From the NCBI GenBank assembly GCA_012959275.1, contig DUDM01000042.1:17018-81017 (forward strand): 64,000 nt of DNA. Direction: 5' to 3'. A program made the position numbers and the translations under genes. The DNA comes from Candidatus Poseidoniales archaeon. Its GTDB lineage: Archaea > Thermoplasmatota > Poseidoniia > Poseidoniales > Poseidoniaceae. Numbering within the stretch: the first letter of the stretch is position 1; every line of letters begins with the position of its first letter. Shown piece by piece: positions 17,934-28,405 of this stretch. The notes below the pieces were generated by a model. That model did not search any database. It had not been told where the DNA came from and worked only from the letters and a program-made list of their open reading frames with translations.

Positions 17934-18201
17934 AGCAAAGCGCGGAAAGCGCCGCTGGATAGGCTTAGAAGTTCCATCTACGACTACCCGAGATTCATTA
18001 AATGAGATTCTTCCAAAGGGCTATCGTTTGTATGACTTGGTAGATGAAAAGGCAATTATCAGAGTAAAACTTCAAGATTACTCGTCTTCAAGAGAAGTTT
18101 TAGAAAAATTAGGCTTGAAAACAAACACTGCATCTGGCAAAATCAAACTGGTAAGGGAAAGACTCGGCATCCAAAAACCCCCGCGCAAAAGAGGCAGTTG
18201 A
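17911..18201 (+). CDS. rnp2: RNase P protein component Pop5 (short form)
   Basis: RGKRRWIGLEV matches the Pop5 R-x-KRY-I/L-x-F-E/K-V signature. AIIRV and TASGKIKLVRERL match the Pop5 central and C-terminal SGTIK blocks. GTG start. Confidence 0.55.
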   Translation: MAGKKLSKAKRGKRRWIGLEVPSTTTRDSLNEILPKGYRLYDLVDEKAIIRVKLQDYSSSREVLEKLGLKTNTASGKIKLVRERLGIQKPPRKRGS

Positions 18202-18252
18202 GCATTTCTTCCTGCGAAGTCCTTTTCCTTGTAATGATGGCAGGTAGTTCTT

Positions 18253-18711
18253 GTGAGCACTGAAGAGGATGCTGAAAATGAAGCGGTGATTGAGATCATC
18301 GAAGCCGATGAAGACCTTACTGCTGTGGTCGAGGACGCATTAGAGGATAGCACTCCGATTCAACAAGAAGTTGCGAGCGTAGGGCTATTGGCAAAATGGT
18401 GGTCAGCAGAAGATTCACATCTTGGTCATATCCTACCTGAGCTTTCATTTTTGCAAAAAGTTGAAGCAATTCGAGGAACCATAATTCTTTCAGTATCAAC
18501 CTTTGTTCTCCAATCTTGGAATTTAATTTTTGGAATAGCTTCTTCTTCATCAGGAGTTAGGAATATGACAATTGACTGGTGGAGGTTCCTTTTCTCTTCA
18601 GGGCAGGATAGTTTTGAGGCTCCATATTTGATGGACCCACTAGGGTGGGTCTTGCTGATTGGCAGTTTTACAATTCTGATTTCAACCATGCCTCATGAGG
18701 CAAAGGATTGA
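18253..18711 (+). CDS. Hypothetical membrane protein with acidic N-terminus
   Basis: 152-aa ORF with a GTG start and hydrophobic segments. No family recognised. Confidence 0.45.
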   Translation: MSTEEDAENEAVIEIIEADEDLTAVVEDALEDSTPIQQEVASVGLLAKWWSAEDSHLGHILPELSFLQKVEAIRGTIILSVSTFVLQSWNLIFGIASSSSGVRNMTIDWWRFLFSSGQDSFEAPYLMDPLGWVLLIGSFTILISTMPHEAKD

Positions 18712-18736
18712 ATCCACCTTCGCATTGGGGTGCCTC

Positions 18737-19312
18737 ATGGCTGGTGGCGGTTCAGGGGGAGAAGCAAAGATTCCTGATGTTGCAATCTTGATTGGTTCTT
18801 GTCTCGTAATCGCCGCTTTTATCATGTTGCTTTGGGATCCCACATCTACCCTACAACCTCCCGAACTCGGTGATGAATTACCTCCTGGCACCTCTTCCAC
18901 TGTTGATACATGGCAAACCTTTGACCTCAATGTTGGAGATGAAGTTTCTTTGGACTTAGGTTTGGTAGAATGTCCTGGCGAGGATGATTCAGGCGATTGT
19001 GGATTGGTTTCAGTGGCTTGGGTAGAAGGTTATGATATGCCTTCTGCAGAGGACTGGCAGCATCATGTATTGAAAGAAGGAGGTGGTTTAGAGTCCCAAT
19101 TCGATGTTCCAAGTGATGGCGAATGGACTCTACACTTGCGCACGGACTCTGTTATTGAACTAGATATGGATGTTGAGCACCAGTGGTTAACTCCTTGGAT
19201 TGCCCTATTTTTGGGAATGGGCATTGCAGTTTGGGGCTATTGGATGTCTCAACAACAGAACCTTTCTGAAAGTGATATTCTGATAGTTGATTCAAGCAAT
19301 TTATCAGATTAG
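18737..19312 (+). CDS. Hypothetical membrane-anchored protein
   Basis: N-terminal TM (VAILIGSCLVIAAFIMLLW), an acidic extracytoplasmic domain, and a C-terminal TM (WIALFLGMGIAVWGYW). The ORF stays open from 18695. Confidence 0.45.
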   Translation: MAGGGSGGEAKIPDVAILIGSCLVIAAFIMLLWDPTSTLQPPELGDELPPGTSSTVDTWQTFDLNVGDEVSLDLGLVECPGEDDSGDCGLVSVAWVEGYDMPSAEDWQHHVLKEGGGLESQFDVPSDGEWTLHLRTDSVIELDMDVEHQWLTPWIALFLGMGIAVWGYWMSQQQNLSESDILIVDSSNLSD

Positions 19313-20716
19313 GAATTGTATTCCGTCTGTCGCTGAAATTTCTTTAACACCATCTTCAAATTCAACCAATAAGTGCCCCTCATTTGTTAGTCCTACTACG
19401 GAACCAGTTTGCTTTGACAGTTGGATTTCTTGGCCATTATAGAGGCCGGCTGACATCATTCCCCATGCCAGTTCAATTATCTCGTTATTCTTCATGTTAG
19501 GAACTCCTTGCTTAGACTCCAGCAAGCCTGCTAAAGCAGCATCTAAGCGTTTTTGGAAATCCTTATTCTGATGCTTAATTGTAGCAATTGGGATGTCTTC
19601 ATCCTTATCCATGAAGTTGGCGCCTATGCCAATCACGAATCTGTTTTCTTGGCCTTTGCTTTTACCTTCTGCAAGACAACCTGCAAATTTTCTTTTGCCA
19701 ATCCACACATCATTTGGCCACTTCATCCAATGGTTGATTTTTTCATCCTGATGAATTTCAATTGAATCAAGGCTTTGCATCAGTGCAATCCCTGCTGATA
19801 GTTGAAGAATTCCTGCATCATTCACTGGAACTAGCCAAGAGCATAGTAGGTCGCCTTCTTTTGAAATCCATTTTGAATCTCTTTGGCCTCTGCCCTTGGT
19901 TTGATTTAAGGCCTTAATACAACGCCCTATTTTACCACCTTGTTCAAGCATTAGACTATTTGTTGAGGAAACGACTCCTACTTCCTCAACAGGACGAGCA
20001 TTCCACGGTCGCCAGAATGCTAGAACTTCCAGATGCTCCCCATCATCAAATGTTATAGCAACCGCTGAGCGTTGAGCCCAACCTCTTCCGATAGCTTCCT
20101 CGCCAAGATATCTGCCGATTGTGGTCGATGAGCGGATTATCAAAACGATGCCATCGTCATTCAACAAATTTCCTTCTTCGATGGCATCCAATAATACAAC
20201 TCCACTGCCTTGTTCCCAATCCAGATCTACCATACCTGCTTCTTCCAGTGGACCTAATACTGGGTCACCTTCGCTAGGGGGGTCTAAGTAGGGTGGATTC
20301 CAGATGATGACATCGTGTTTTCCTTGGGCCCATTGTTTAATTTCGCCTTCTCCAGGACCGCCTTCTACAACCGTTAATCTTGAAGACAATCCCATCTCTT
20401 CTGCCCTGCCTCGGACTGCTGCTACAGCAAGTGGATTAATGTCACAAGTGGACACTCTGAAACCTCTCATTGCAGCCCACAAAGAAACGGCTCCAGAGCC
20501 GCAACCTATCTCTAAGAGTGAGCGACCATTTCCAGGGCCTAATGAGAGCACAGAATCGCACAAAATCCCCGTATCCTCTCCCGGCGGATATACTGTCGGC
20601 GGAACTAGTAAATCCAACATCGCACCATCAGGTGCAGACCACCCCACTTCTTCAGCCTCTTCAATGAAGACTTCTAACTCCCTATTGACATTGTCTTCAA
20701 CGAATGATGTGCGCAT
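19304..20716 (-). CDS. birA: Fusion: HemK/Mtq2-like (release-factor glutamine) methyltransferase domain plus biotin--protein ligase BirA
   Basis: N-terminal half: VYPPGEDTGIL, SAM motif LEIGCGSGAVS, and NPPY (IIWNPPYLD). C-terminal half: BirA motifs QTKGRGQRDSKW and KWPNDVWIGKRKFAGCLAEG. Confidence 0.8.
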   Translation of the reverse strand: MRTSFVEDNVNRELEVFIEEAEEVGWSAPDGAMLDLLVPPTVYPPGEDTGILCDSVLSLGPGNGRSLLEIGCGSGAVSLWAAMRGFRVSTCDINPLAVAAVRGRAEEMGLSSRLTVVEGGPGEGEIKQWAQGKHDVIIWNPPYLDPPSEGDPVLGPLEEAGMVDLDWEQGSGVVLLDAIEEGNLLNDDGIVLIIRSSTTIGRYLGEEAIGRGWAQRSAVAITFDDGEHLEVLAFWRPWNARPVEEVGVVSSTNSLMLEQGGKIGRCIKALNQTKGRGQRDSKWISKEGDLLCSWLVPVNDAGILQLSAGIALMQSLDSIEIHQDEKINHWMKWPNDVWIGKRKFAGCLAEGKSKGQENRFVIGIGANFMDKDEDIPIATIKHQNKDFQKRLDAALAGLLESKQGVPNMKNNEIIELAWGMMSAGLYNGQEIQLSKQTGSVVGLTNEGHLLVEFEDGVKEISATDGIQFLI

Positions 20717-20900
20717 GAATAATCACCATATTTCCTTGAAAACCGACATTTTGCCGCGAAGGTTTGATAGCGCAGAATGTAAAGTCATGGTTGGAGCGCA
20801 CCTCCCCTCTCACCATGGGGCTCTGTGCGCAGCCTATGGCTCCTCTGCCGATGGTTTTACATACCGACCCTCGGTCGGCGGGTGGCCCTGACTATGAGAA

Positions 20901-20974
20901 GGGCTTGTAGCTCAGTCAGGTAGAGCGCCGGGCTTTTAACCCGGTTCGCGCGGGTTCGAACCCCGTCAAGCCCG
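20901..20974 (+). tRNA. tRNA-Lys: tRNA-Lys (anticodon UUU); CCA is encoded at 20975-20977
   Basis: Hand-folded cloverleaf. Acceptor GGGCTTG/CAAGCCC, D stem GCTC/GAGC, anticodon stem CCGGG/CCCGG with loop CTTTTAA, 5-nt variable loop, T stem GCGGG/CCCGT with loop TTCGAAC, discriminator G. Confidence 0.9.
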
Positions 20975-21028
20975 CCATCTGACGACTCCAAGCCCCCCTC
21001 TGAATTGGGCACTGGCGGGTGAAGAAAA

Positions 21029-21649
21029 ATGGTGGTAAAAAGCGCTACAAAAAAGCGTCTAATGGAACTAGGTGTCGATGAGGAATACGCTCACAAACTC
21101 GCCACTGATAGAAACATGGCTGACATCAAACAACTTTCACTTGATGAAGTATCAGCAATCGTCTCACTTTCCAAGGATGAAGATAAGTTCTCCTCCCTGA
21201 TGGATGTTATTCGAGAAGTCGGTGCAACTCGCCGCAAGCGCCGAAGCAAGAAGATTACCATCAATGCCAAGGCTGTCGACGAAGATGATTTCCCGATGGG
21301 TTTGACCAAATTCAACGTTCTAAACCATGTCATGGTACCTCACCAACAATTGGTTCCTATGGAAGATGAAGAAGAAGTCCTTGCTCCATGGAATCTAATC
21401 AAGCCTGACGAGGAAACCGGAGAGGACCGCCTTGCTAAGGAATTACTTCCGAAGATTCTCATTACAGACCCTGTTGTACAAGTCATCAAAGAGATGGCAG
21501 AGAAGGACGACATGCTTCTTTCAGCAGCTGACCCAGAACATATTCCCCTAGCAGCCGGATGGTTGGCAGACCGAGTTATTAGAGTCAAGAGGCACAGCCT
21601 CTCGGCCGGTATCTCAGTGGCTTATCGCCTAATAGTTGAGGGTAATTGA
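21029..21649 (+). CDS. rpoH: RNA polymerase subunit H (Rpo5) with ~95-aa N-terminal extension and internal inserts
   Basis: The C-terminal part, HVMVPHQQLV..LLPKILITDPVV..RVIRVKRHSLSAGISVAYRLIV, matches the RpoH/Rpb5 C-terminal-domain consensus. It sits directly upstream of rpoB. Confidence 0.85.
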   Translation: MVVKSATKKRLMELGVDEEYAHKLATDRNMADIKQLSLDEVSAIVSLSKDEDKFSSLMDVIREVGATRRKRRSKKITINAKAVDEDDFPMGLTKFNVLNHVMVPHQQLVPMEDEEEVLAPWNLIKPDEETGEDRLAKELLPKILITDPVVQVIKEMAEKDDMLLSAADPEHIPLAAGWLADRVIRVKRHSLSAGISVAYRLIVEGN

Positions 21650-21662
21650 GGAGGAATTAATC

Positions 21663-24600
21663 ATGCAGGAGATAATAACAGCATTTTTCCGCGAGCGTAG
21701 CCTCGTGAACCATCAACTCGCATCCTATGACGATTGTATTCCGTCTAGCGATAGTCGTCTTTCAAGAATGGAACGCATCGTTCAAGCAATCAGTGTTGGA
21801 ACAGATGAAGACAATGATGATGACCAAGGTGGAATCATCAAACTTGACGTTATCGATCAAGACATCATGGTCCGATTAAAGAATATTCAATTGGGTAGTC
21901 CAACTATCCGTGAAGCAAACGGCAGTGAGCACGATGCTACTCCAATGGAATGTAGGTTGCGCAAGTTAACTTACATGTCTCCAGTAACAATCGACTTCAC
22001 TATTTACCGCAATGGAATACCAAATAATCCAGAGAAGGGAGTCCAAGTAGGCAGTCTCCCTATCATGACCCGCTCAGCTCGCTGCAATCTCCACCCAAAC
22101 CATCTGGTCAATGACCGCGTCCTAAACCCAGCCCACTCCGATGAGGACATGAAAATCACTCACGACATGTGGCGCAAGAAGGGCGAAGATCCTCTGGACC
22201 CTGGAGGCTACTTCATCATCAACGGTACCGAACGTGTACTAATTTCCATGGAGGATTTGGCTCCAAACCGAGTAACAATCGAAATCAACAAGCGCTATGC
22301 CAAGAAAACTGAAGTCGCTAAGATTTTCTCACAAAAAGAAGGAGTGCGCAAGCCCCTTACTGTTGAGAAGCGCCGTGATGGAATGTTGATGGTAAAAATC
22401 AGCACCGCAGGAACCACCGCAATCCCAGTAGTTCTACTAATGAGGGCAATGGGAATCGAGAATGACCAGGATATTTTCCAAGCAATTGCAGGACCAACTC
22501 AAACTTTCAAGTACATCGTTGCTAACATCAACGAAGTCAAAGACAATGAAGAGTACATGGTAGAAAACATCGAGGAAGCTCACCAGTGGTTAGAGAAGAA
22601 ATTCGCTGCTGGACAACAGAAAGAATACCGTGAAGCCCGTGTTCAACAACTAATCGATAGAGAAGTTCTTCCTCACTTGGGAGACCAACCAGAGGACCGC
22701 AAGAAGAAGGCAATCTTCATCGGAAGAATTGTCCGTCAAGTACTCGAGATGGCTCTTGATGACAAGCCGCCAAATGATAAAGATCATTATGCAAACAAGC
22801 GAGTTCGCTTGGCAGGGGACTTGTTCGAAGACTTATTCCGTGTTTCAATGAACCAACTCGCTCGTGATTTAAAGTACCAATTAGAGCGCCATCACAACCG
22901 CAAGCGCGACTTGAAAATCACTTCGTGCTTGAGGCCAGATGTTCTTACCTCCAAAATCATGCACGCTCTCGCAACAGGTAATTGGGTCGGTGGACGCAGC
23001 GGTGTTAGCCAGTTGCTAGATAGAACCACTTACTTGGCATCTTTGTCTCACATGAGAAGAGTAACCAGCCCACTGGTCCGCTCCCAACCTCACTTCGAGG
23101 CTAGAGATTTGCACCCTACACAATGGGGCCGCCTTTGTCCTAACGAAACTCCTGAAGGTCAAAACTGTGGTCTGGTAAAGAATGCCGCCCAGATGATCGA
23201 CGTTTCAGAACAAGTTGACGAAATGGAAATCAAAGCTCGCTTGGATGAGATGGATGTATTCCAACCAGATGACTGGACAGATGGAGACCGAATCCACGTA
23301 AACGGTGATATCTATGGAATCCATAAGAGAGGAAAGAACTTGGTAAAGCAATTCAAGAATGCTCGTCGCCGTGGTTCAATCCGCTCTGAAGTTTGTATCC
23401 GCTATGATGCAGTCAACAAGGATATCTTCATCAATACCGACAAGGGTAGAATTCTACGCCCACTGCTCATCCTTCACGATGGTGCACCACGCTTAACAAA
23501 TCAGAACCTTGAGGACCTAAGGTCTGGAGACATGGTCTTCGATGAGCTGCTCAACCAAGGTATTGTTGAGTGGGTAGATGCTGAAGAAGAAGAGGACTTA
23601 CTAATCGCCCCTCGCCCATTCACCTTACCAGCCGTAGCACCTGATTCCTGCAAAAAAATCGCAGGCCGCCCACTGACTCACGAAAACATCGTCTGGACCA
23701 ACCTCGGTGCCGAGGGTGTTGACCATGCTAAGTTGAAGGCTCGTGTACAAATGCCAAATGGCAGTTGGGAAGAAGAGACTTTCAAGGTCCCACTTGAATA
23801 TACTTCAGACCATACCCACGTGGAAATAGATCCACAGTTGATTCTGGGAGTTTGCGCTAGCCTGATTCCATACCCAGAGCACAACTCTACACCTCGTGTC
23901 ACTGGTGGGACCGCAATGGTCAAGCAAAGTCTTGGCCTTCCAAGTGCAAACTACCGCTTGCGCCCCGACACCCGTCTACACGTACTCCACTACCCGCAGC
24001 GTAGTATTGTTGGAACAAGAGCAATGGAAACTACAAAATTCCTTCAACGCCCAGGTGGACAGAACTTTATCGTTGCAATCATGTCCTTACATGGCTACAA
24101 CATGCAGGACGCAGTCATCATGAACCGCTCAAGTGTTGAGCGCGGAATGAGTCGCTCAACCTTCATCCGCACTTACAATGCAGAACGCCGACGCTACCCA
24201 GGTGGACAAATCGAAGAGATTGAAATCCCAGGTTCAGGCCTTGAAGAGGTCAAGGGATTGAAACCTACTGAGGCCTATGGGCACTTGGAAGAGGATGGAT
24301 TACCAACTCCGGAGACCTTCTTGGAAGGAGGAGATGTTCTAGTCGGTAAGACCAGCCCTCCGCGCTTCCTTGAAGAAACAGGTGCAGGTGCTTTCTTACA
24401 AGCACAAGAACGCAGAGAGTCATCAATGTTGGTTCGCCACGGTGAATTAGGCTGGATCGACAATGTATACGTGACAGAATCACTAGACAGCGGCCGCTTA
24501 TGCAGAATTACCATGCGCAGCCACAAGGTTCCCGAAGTCGGCGATAAATTCGCAAGTCGCCACGGACAAAAGGGAGTTATTGGACGCTTAGTCAATCAGG

Positions 24601-25277
24601 AAGATATGCCATTCACTCGTGATGGAATCATCCCTGACCTAATCATCAACCCACACGCGATTCCAAGCCGCATGACCGTTGCCCACGTCCTCGAGATGAT
24701 CGGTGGTAAGGTCGGCTCTATGGATGGACGCTTCATCGATGGAACAGCATTCAGTGGGGAGAAAGAAGTTAGTATCCGTGAAGGATTGACTCGCCATGGA
24801 TTCAACCACACTGGTCGTGAGACCATGTACAATGGTGAAACTGGTGAAGAATACCCAGTCGAAATCTTCCTTGGAGTCATCTACTACCAGAAGTTGCACC
24901 ACATGGTTTCAGGAAAGATACACGCCCGTTCACGTGGACGCGTACAAATCCTTACTCGCCAACCAACCGAAGGACGTGCCCGCCAAGGTGGACTAAGATT
25001 CGGAGAGATGGAAAGAGACTGTCTAATCGCCCACGGAGTATCGATGGTCATCAAGGATAGACTACTCGACCAGTCGGACGGAGAGAAATTGTTGGTTTGT
25101 TCTGAATCCGGTCATATCGCTTGGTATGATTGGCGAAGACGGACCTATGTCAGTCCGGTCTTAGGGCCTGGCGCAGAGGTGCACGAGGTGCAAACATCCT
25201 ATGCATTCAAACTGCTACTTGATGAGATGAAATCTCTGGGAGTTGCAATGAGACTTGAACTGGAGGACCAGAGATGA
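21663..25277 (+). CDS. rpoB: RNA polymerase subunit B (unsplit)
   Basis: About 1200 aa. Blocks GGYFIINGTERV, NWVGGRSGVSQLLDR, RHGQKGV, GGLRFGEMERDC and others. ATG at 21663 is preferred over 21636. Confidence 0.95.
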   Translation: MQEIITAFFRERSLVNHQLASYDDCIPSSDSRLSRMERIVQAISVGTDEDNDDDQGGIIKLDVIDQDIMVRLKNIQLGSPTIREANGSEHDATPMECRLRKLTYMSPVTIDFTIYRNGIPNNPEKGVQVGSLPIMTRSARCNLHPNHLVNDRVLNPAHSDEDMKITHDMWRKKGEDPLDPGGYFIINGTERVLISMEDLAPNRVTIEINKRYAKKTEVAKIFSQKEGVRKPLTVEKRRDGMLMVKISTAGTTAIPVVLLMRAMGIENDQDIFQAIAGPTQTFKYIVANINEVKDNEEYMVENIEEAHQWLEKKFAAGQQKEYREARVQQLIDREVLPHLGDQPEDRKKKAIFIGRIVRQVLEMALDDKPPNDKDHYANKRVRLAGDLFEDLFRVSMNQLARDLKYQLERHHNRKRDLKITSCLRPDVLTSKIMHALATGNWVGGRSGVSQLLDRTTYLASLSHMRRVTSPLVRSQPHFEARDLHPTQWGRLCPNETPEGQNCGLVKNAAQMIDVSEQVDEMEIKARLDEMDVFQPDDWTDGDRIHVNGDIYGIHKRGKNLVKQFKNARRRGSIRSEVCIRYDAVNKDIFINTDKGRILRPLLILHDGAPRLTNQNLEDLRSGDMVFDELLNQGIVEWVDAEEEEDLLIAPRPFTLPAVAPDSCKKIAGRPLTHENIVWTNLGAEGVDHAKLKARVQMPNGSWEEETFKVPLEYTSDHTHVEIDPQLILGVCASLIPYPEHNSTPRVTGGTAMVKQSLGLPSANYRLRPDTRLHVLHYPQRSIVGTRAMETTKFLQRPGGQNFIVAIMSLHGYNMQDAVIMNRSSVERGMSRSTFIRTYNAERRRYPGGQIEEIEIPGSGLEEVKGLKPTEAYGHLEEDGLPTPETFLEGGDVLVGKTSPPRFLEETGAGAFLQAQERRESSMLVRHGELGWIDNVYVTESLDSGRLCRITMRSHKVPEVGDKFASRHGQKGVIGRLVNQEDMPFTRDGIIPDLIINPHAIPSRMTVAHVLEMIGGKVGSMDGRFIDGTAFSGEKEVSIREGLTRHGFNHTGRETMYNGETGEEYPVEIFLGVIYYQKLHHMVSGKIHARSRGRVQILTRQPTEGRARQGGLRFGEMERDCLIAHGVSMVIKDRLLDQSDGEKLLVCSESGHIAWYDWRRRTYVSPVLGPGAEVHEVQTSYAFKLLLDEMKSLGVAMRLELEDQR

Positions 25278-28200
25278 AAACTAACGCAACTTCACTGATA
25301 CCAAAGCGAATTTCCAGCATCCGCTTCAGCCTGATGGACCCTAACGAGATCCGCAAGATGTCGGCTGTTGAGGTTAAGACAGCAGATACTTACAAGGATG
25401 ACGGGCACGCATATCGCCAAGGATTGATGGACCCCAAAATGGGAGTTATCGAACCGGGAATTCGTTGTGATACCTGTGGAAACAAGTATGATGAATGCCC
25501 ATCGCACTTTGGTCACATCCAATTGGAACTTCCAGTCATCCACATCGGTTTCGTTGGTCTAATCAAGACCGCGTTGAAGACAACTTGCAACTCATGTAGT
25601 CGCGTTCTTCTTCACGAAGCCAAGGGTACACATCCAAGCGATGCAGAAAAGTCAGAACAAGATTATTATCGCTCACGCATCATCGATACCATCCAAAAAC
25701 ACGGACTGGGTTCGACCGAGTTTTCCAAGATTATCAAGGAAGTCGAGAAGATATGTTGCAGTGCCAAGCGCCGAGTTTGCATGCACTGTGGTGAAGAGCA
25801 AGGAAAAATCATGCTCGATAAGCCAACCACCTTCAAGGAGAGAGCAGAATCCGGAACCACAGCAAAGGGCAGCGAAAAGAAACTCAATGCACGTGATATC
25901 AGAGAATTGTTAGGGGAAATCCCGATGAATGACCTAATATTCATTGGAATGGACAAGTCTAACCGACCTGAATGGGCAATCATGCGTGTACTACCTGTAC
26001 CCCCAATCACTGTGCGTCCCTCGATTACCCTTGACAGTGGAGACCGTTCAGAAGACGACTTGACTCACAAGTTAGTCGACGTTCTACGAATTAACCAGCG
26101 CCTACGTGAAAACCGTGACGCAGGTGCCCCACAACTAATCGTTGAGGACCTTTGGGAACTTCTACAATACCATATTACAACTTACTTTGACAACCAAACC
26201 AGTGGAATTCCACCGGCCCGCCACCGTTCAGGTCGCCCATTGAAGACCCTGACACAACGCCTGAAAGGTAAGGAAGGACGTTTCCGTAGCAACCTATCTG
26301 GAAAGCGTGTTAACTTCTGTGCCCGTTCAGTCATATCCCCAGACCCATTCTTGGGAATCAACGAGGTTGGAGTGCCTACTCAAATCGCCAAAGAACTGAC
26401 CGTACCAATTCGTGTCACAACAAGAAACCGTGAACAGATGAGACAGATGATTCTTCGTGGACCAAACGTACACCCTGGTGTCAACTATGTAATCCGCGCA
26501 GATGGTCGTCGTGTTAGAATCAATGACCGTTCAAAGCAAATTAACGCTGGATTCCGTTGTCATAACCCTGATTGTCAAACCGAGACCACCTTACGCCCAG
26601 ATCTCGACAGTGTCATGCCAGCCCCTAATTTCCTTCCCGGAATCGTCATCCGTAAGATGACTCGCCGTACCGATACCGAAATTGGCGGCGCCCCACAAAT
26701 GGAAGAATATTACGAAGTGGATGAACCAGCAACTTTGTCAAATCTACAAGGTGAAGACGCCAGCCACCAACCATTGGCTGAAGACGACCCACGTGCAGTC
26801 CTACACTACCGCTGGAAGTGGGAGTTGGCAAACCCAGATGAGTCCACTGGGGCATACCCAGAGCACTTAGAGGTCTCCTGTCCTCACTGTGGTTCTCCTG
26901 AAATAAACGGCTATAGAACTCGAGTAGAAGACCGCTTATCCACCTTCGACCTTGACGGTACACCCCGCCCAGGAATGATTATTGAACGCCACCTAATTGA
27001 TGGAGATGTTACAATCTTCAATCGACAGCCTTCACTACACAGAATGTCGATGATGGTTCACGAAATACGTGTTATGCCTGGCCGAACCTTCAGGTTTAAC
27101 TTGGCAGTATGTACCCCATACAACGCTGATTTCGACGGTGATGAAATGAATCTGCACGTAATTCAGGGAGAAGAAGCCCGTGCAGAAGCACAGATTCTGA
27201 TGCGTGTACAAGAACACATCCTTACTCCTCGCTATGGTGGAGCTGTTATCGGTGGAATACACGACCATATTTCTGGAGCATACTTGCTGACAAGGCCAGG
27301 TACTACGGTCGATAAGACAGTTGGTATGGATATTTTGGGACGAATCGATTACACCGGCCCTCTACCTAAAGAAATCAAGAGGGCTGATGGCTCACCCGGT
27401 TTTAACGGTGCAGACCTAATTGGCCTGATCGTCCCAGAGAACATCATGCTTCGCTTCCGTAGCCGTTCCAATGAAGATGTCATCATCAATTCAGGAACAG
27501 TTGTAGGAACACTCGACAAGAGAGCGATTGGTGCTGAAGACGGCCGCCTACTGGACGCTATTGTCCAGACAAACGGTCCAACTGAAGGAGCCAAGTTCAT
27601 TGATGACATGACTCGTTTAACTATCGGTGCTTGCACCGCTCTAGGATTTACAACTGGAATCGACGATGAAGACTTGCCCCCCGAAGCACTAGCAGAAATT
27701 GAGCGAATCAATTCCGATGCACGTGATAAAGTAGATGAAGAGTTGGTTAAATTTGGAAAGGATGGACGTGGCTATGAAGCCCGCCCAGGACGCACTCCAC
27801 TTGAGACCATGGAAGAGAATATCATGGTCATCTTGGACGAAGGAAAAGCCGAATCTGGTAATATTGCAAAGACCAACCTGACCGAGAGCAGTGAAGACAA
27901 TGCTGCAGTAAACATGGCTATCTCTGGTGCACGTGGTTCGATGGATAACCTGACGATGATGGCCGGTTCAATAGGTCAAGCAAAGGTACGTGGTGCACGC
28001 TTGGAACGTGGATACAAGGATAGAGTTCTACCTCACTTCCCTCGTGGACTAAAGGGTGCTCGAGAAAAGGGATTCATCTCTTCTTCCTTCAAGCGTGGTC
28101 TTGAACCAACAGAGTTCTTCATGCTATCAATATCTGGAAGAGAATCACTGGTCGATACCGCGGTTCGTACCAGTAAGTCAGGATACATGCAACGCCGACT

Positions 28201-28405
28201 GATCAACGCAATGGACGACCTAAAGGTCTTCAAAGATGAAAAACTATCTGTTAGAAACACCGCAGACCGAATTATTCAATTCGAGTATGGAGAAGATGGA
28301 ATCGACCCATGCCGAAGTGTGCACGGAATGCCCGTCAATACTGATGTCATAATTGACAAAGTACTGGGCACTAAGAGCAAGGCTGTAAAAGGAGGCGGTA
28401 AGTGA
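25274..28405 (+). CDS. rpoA1: RNA polymerase subunit A' (Rpo1N) with lineage-specific insertion
   Basis: Zn motifs [44 protein letters not shown], and the catalytic [10 protein letters not shown]. 4-bp overlap with rpoB. Confidence 0.95.
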   Translation: MKTNATSLIPKRISSIRFSLMDPNEIRKMSAVEVKTADTYKDDGHAYRQGLMDPKMGVIEPGIRCDTCGNKYDECPSHFGHIQLELPVIHIGFVGLIKTALKTTCNSCSRVLLHEAKGTHPSDAEKSEQDYYRSRIIDTIQKHGLGSTEFSKIIKEVEKICCSAKRRVCMHCGEEQGKIMLDKPTTFKERAESGTTAKGSEKKLNARDIRELLGEIPMNDLIFIGMDKSNRPEWAIMRVLPVPPITVRPSITLDSGDRSEDDLTHKLVDVLRINQRLRENRDAGAPQLIVEDLWELLQYHITTYFDNQTSGIPPARHRSGRPLKTLTQRLKGKEGRFRSNLSGKRVNFCARSVISPDPFLGINEVGVPTQIAKELTVPIRVTTRNREQMRQMILRGPNVHPGVNYVIRADGRRVRINDRSKQINAGFRCHNPDCQTETTLRPDLDSVMPAPNFLPGIVIRKMTRRTDTEIGGAPQMEEYYEVDEPATLSNLQGEDASHQPLAEDDPRAVLHYRWKWELANPDESTGAYPEHLEVSCPHCGSPEINGYRTRVEDRLSTFDLDGTPRPGMIIERHLIDGDVTIFNRQPSLHRMSMMVHEIRVMPGRTFRFNLAVCTPYNADFDGDEMNLHVIQGEEARAEAQILMRVQEHILTPRYGGAVIGGIHDHISGAYLLTRPGTTVDKTVGMDILGRIDYTGPLPKEIKRADGSPGFNGADLIGLIVPENIMLRFRSRSNEDVIINSGTVVGTLDKRAIGAEDGRLLDAIVQTNGPTEGAKFIDDMTRLTIGACTALGFTTGIDDEDLPPEALAEIERINSDARDKVDEELVKFGKDGRGYEARPGRTPLETMEENIMVILDEGKAESGNIAKTNLTESSEDNAAVNMAISGARGSMDNLTMMAGSIGQAKVRGARLERGYKDRVLPHFPRGLKGAREKGFISSSFKRGLEPTEFFMLSISGRESLVDTAVRTSKSGYMQRRLINAMDDLKVFKDEKLSVRNTADRIIQFEYGEDGIDPCRSVHGMPVNTDVIIDKVLGTKSKAVKGGGK

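Noticed and set aside
18695-18737. Frameshifted single gene spanning ORFs 18253-18711 and 18695-19312
   Set aside because: The second ORF has a plausible internal ATG (18737) followed by its own TM anchor. There is no homology evidence that the two belong together.
20717-20900. ncRNA or mobile-element remnant next to tRNA-Lys. Two hairpins are present: GCGCAC..GTGCGC at 20796-20830 and CCGACC-CTC-GGTCGG at 20864-20878.
   Set aside because: There is no integrase, no direct repeat of the tRNA 3' end and no recognisable RNA family. The 184-bp region is probably just the divergent promoter region, and the hairpins alone are insufficient evidence.
26535-26970. Intein in rpoA1
   Set aside because: The insert lacks intein junction residues and the block A/B/F/G hallmarks, and it is too short for an intein with an endonuclease. 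It is better explained as a Cys4 insertion domain.
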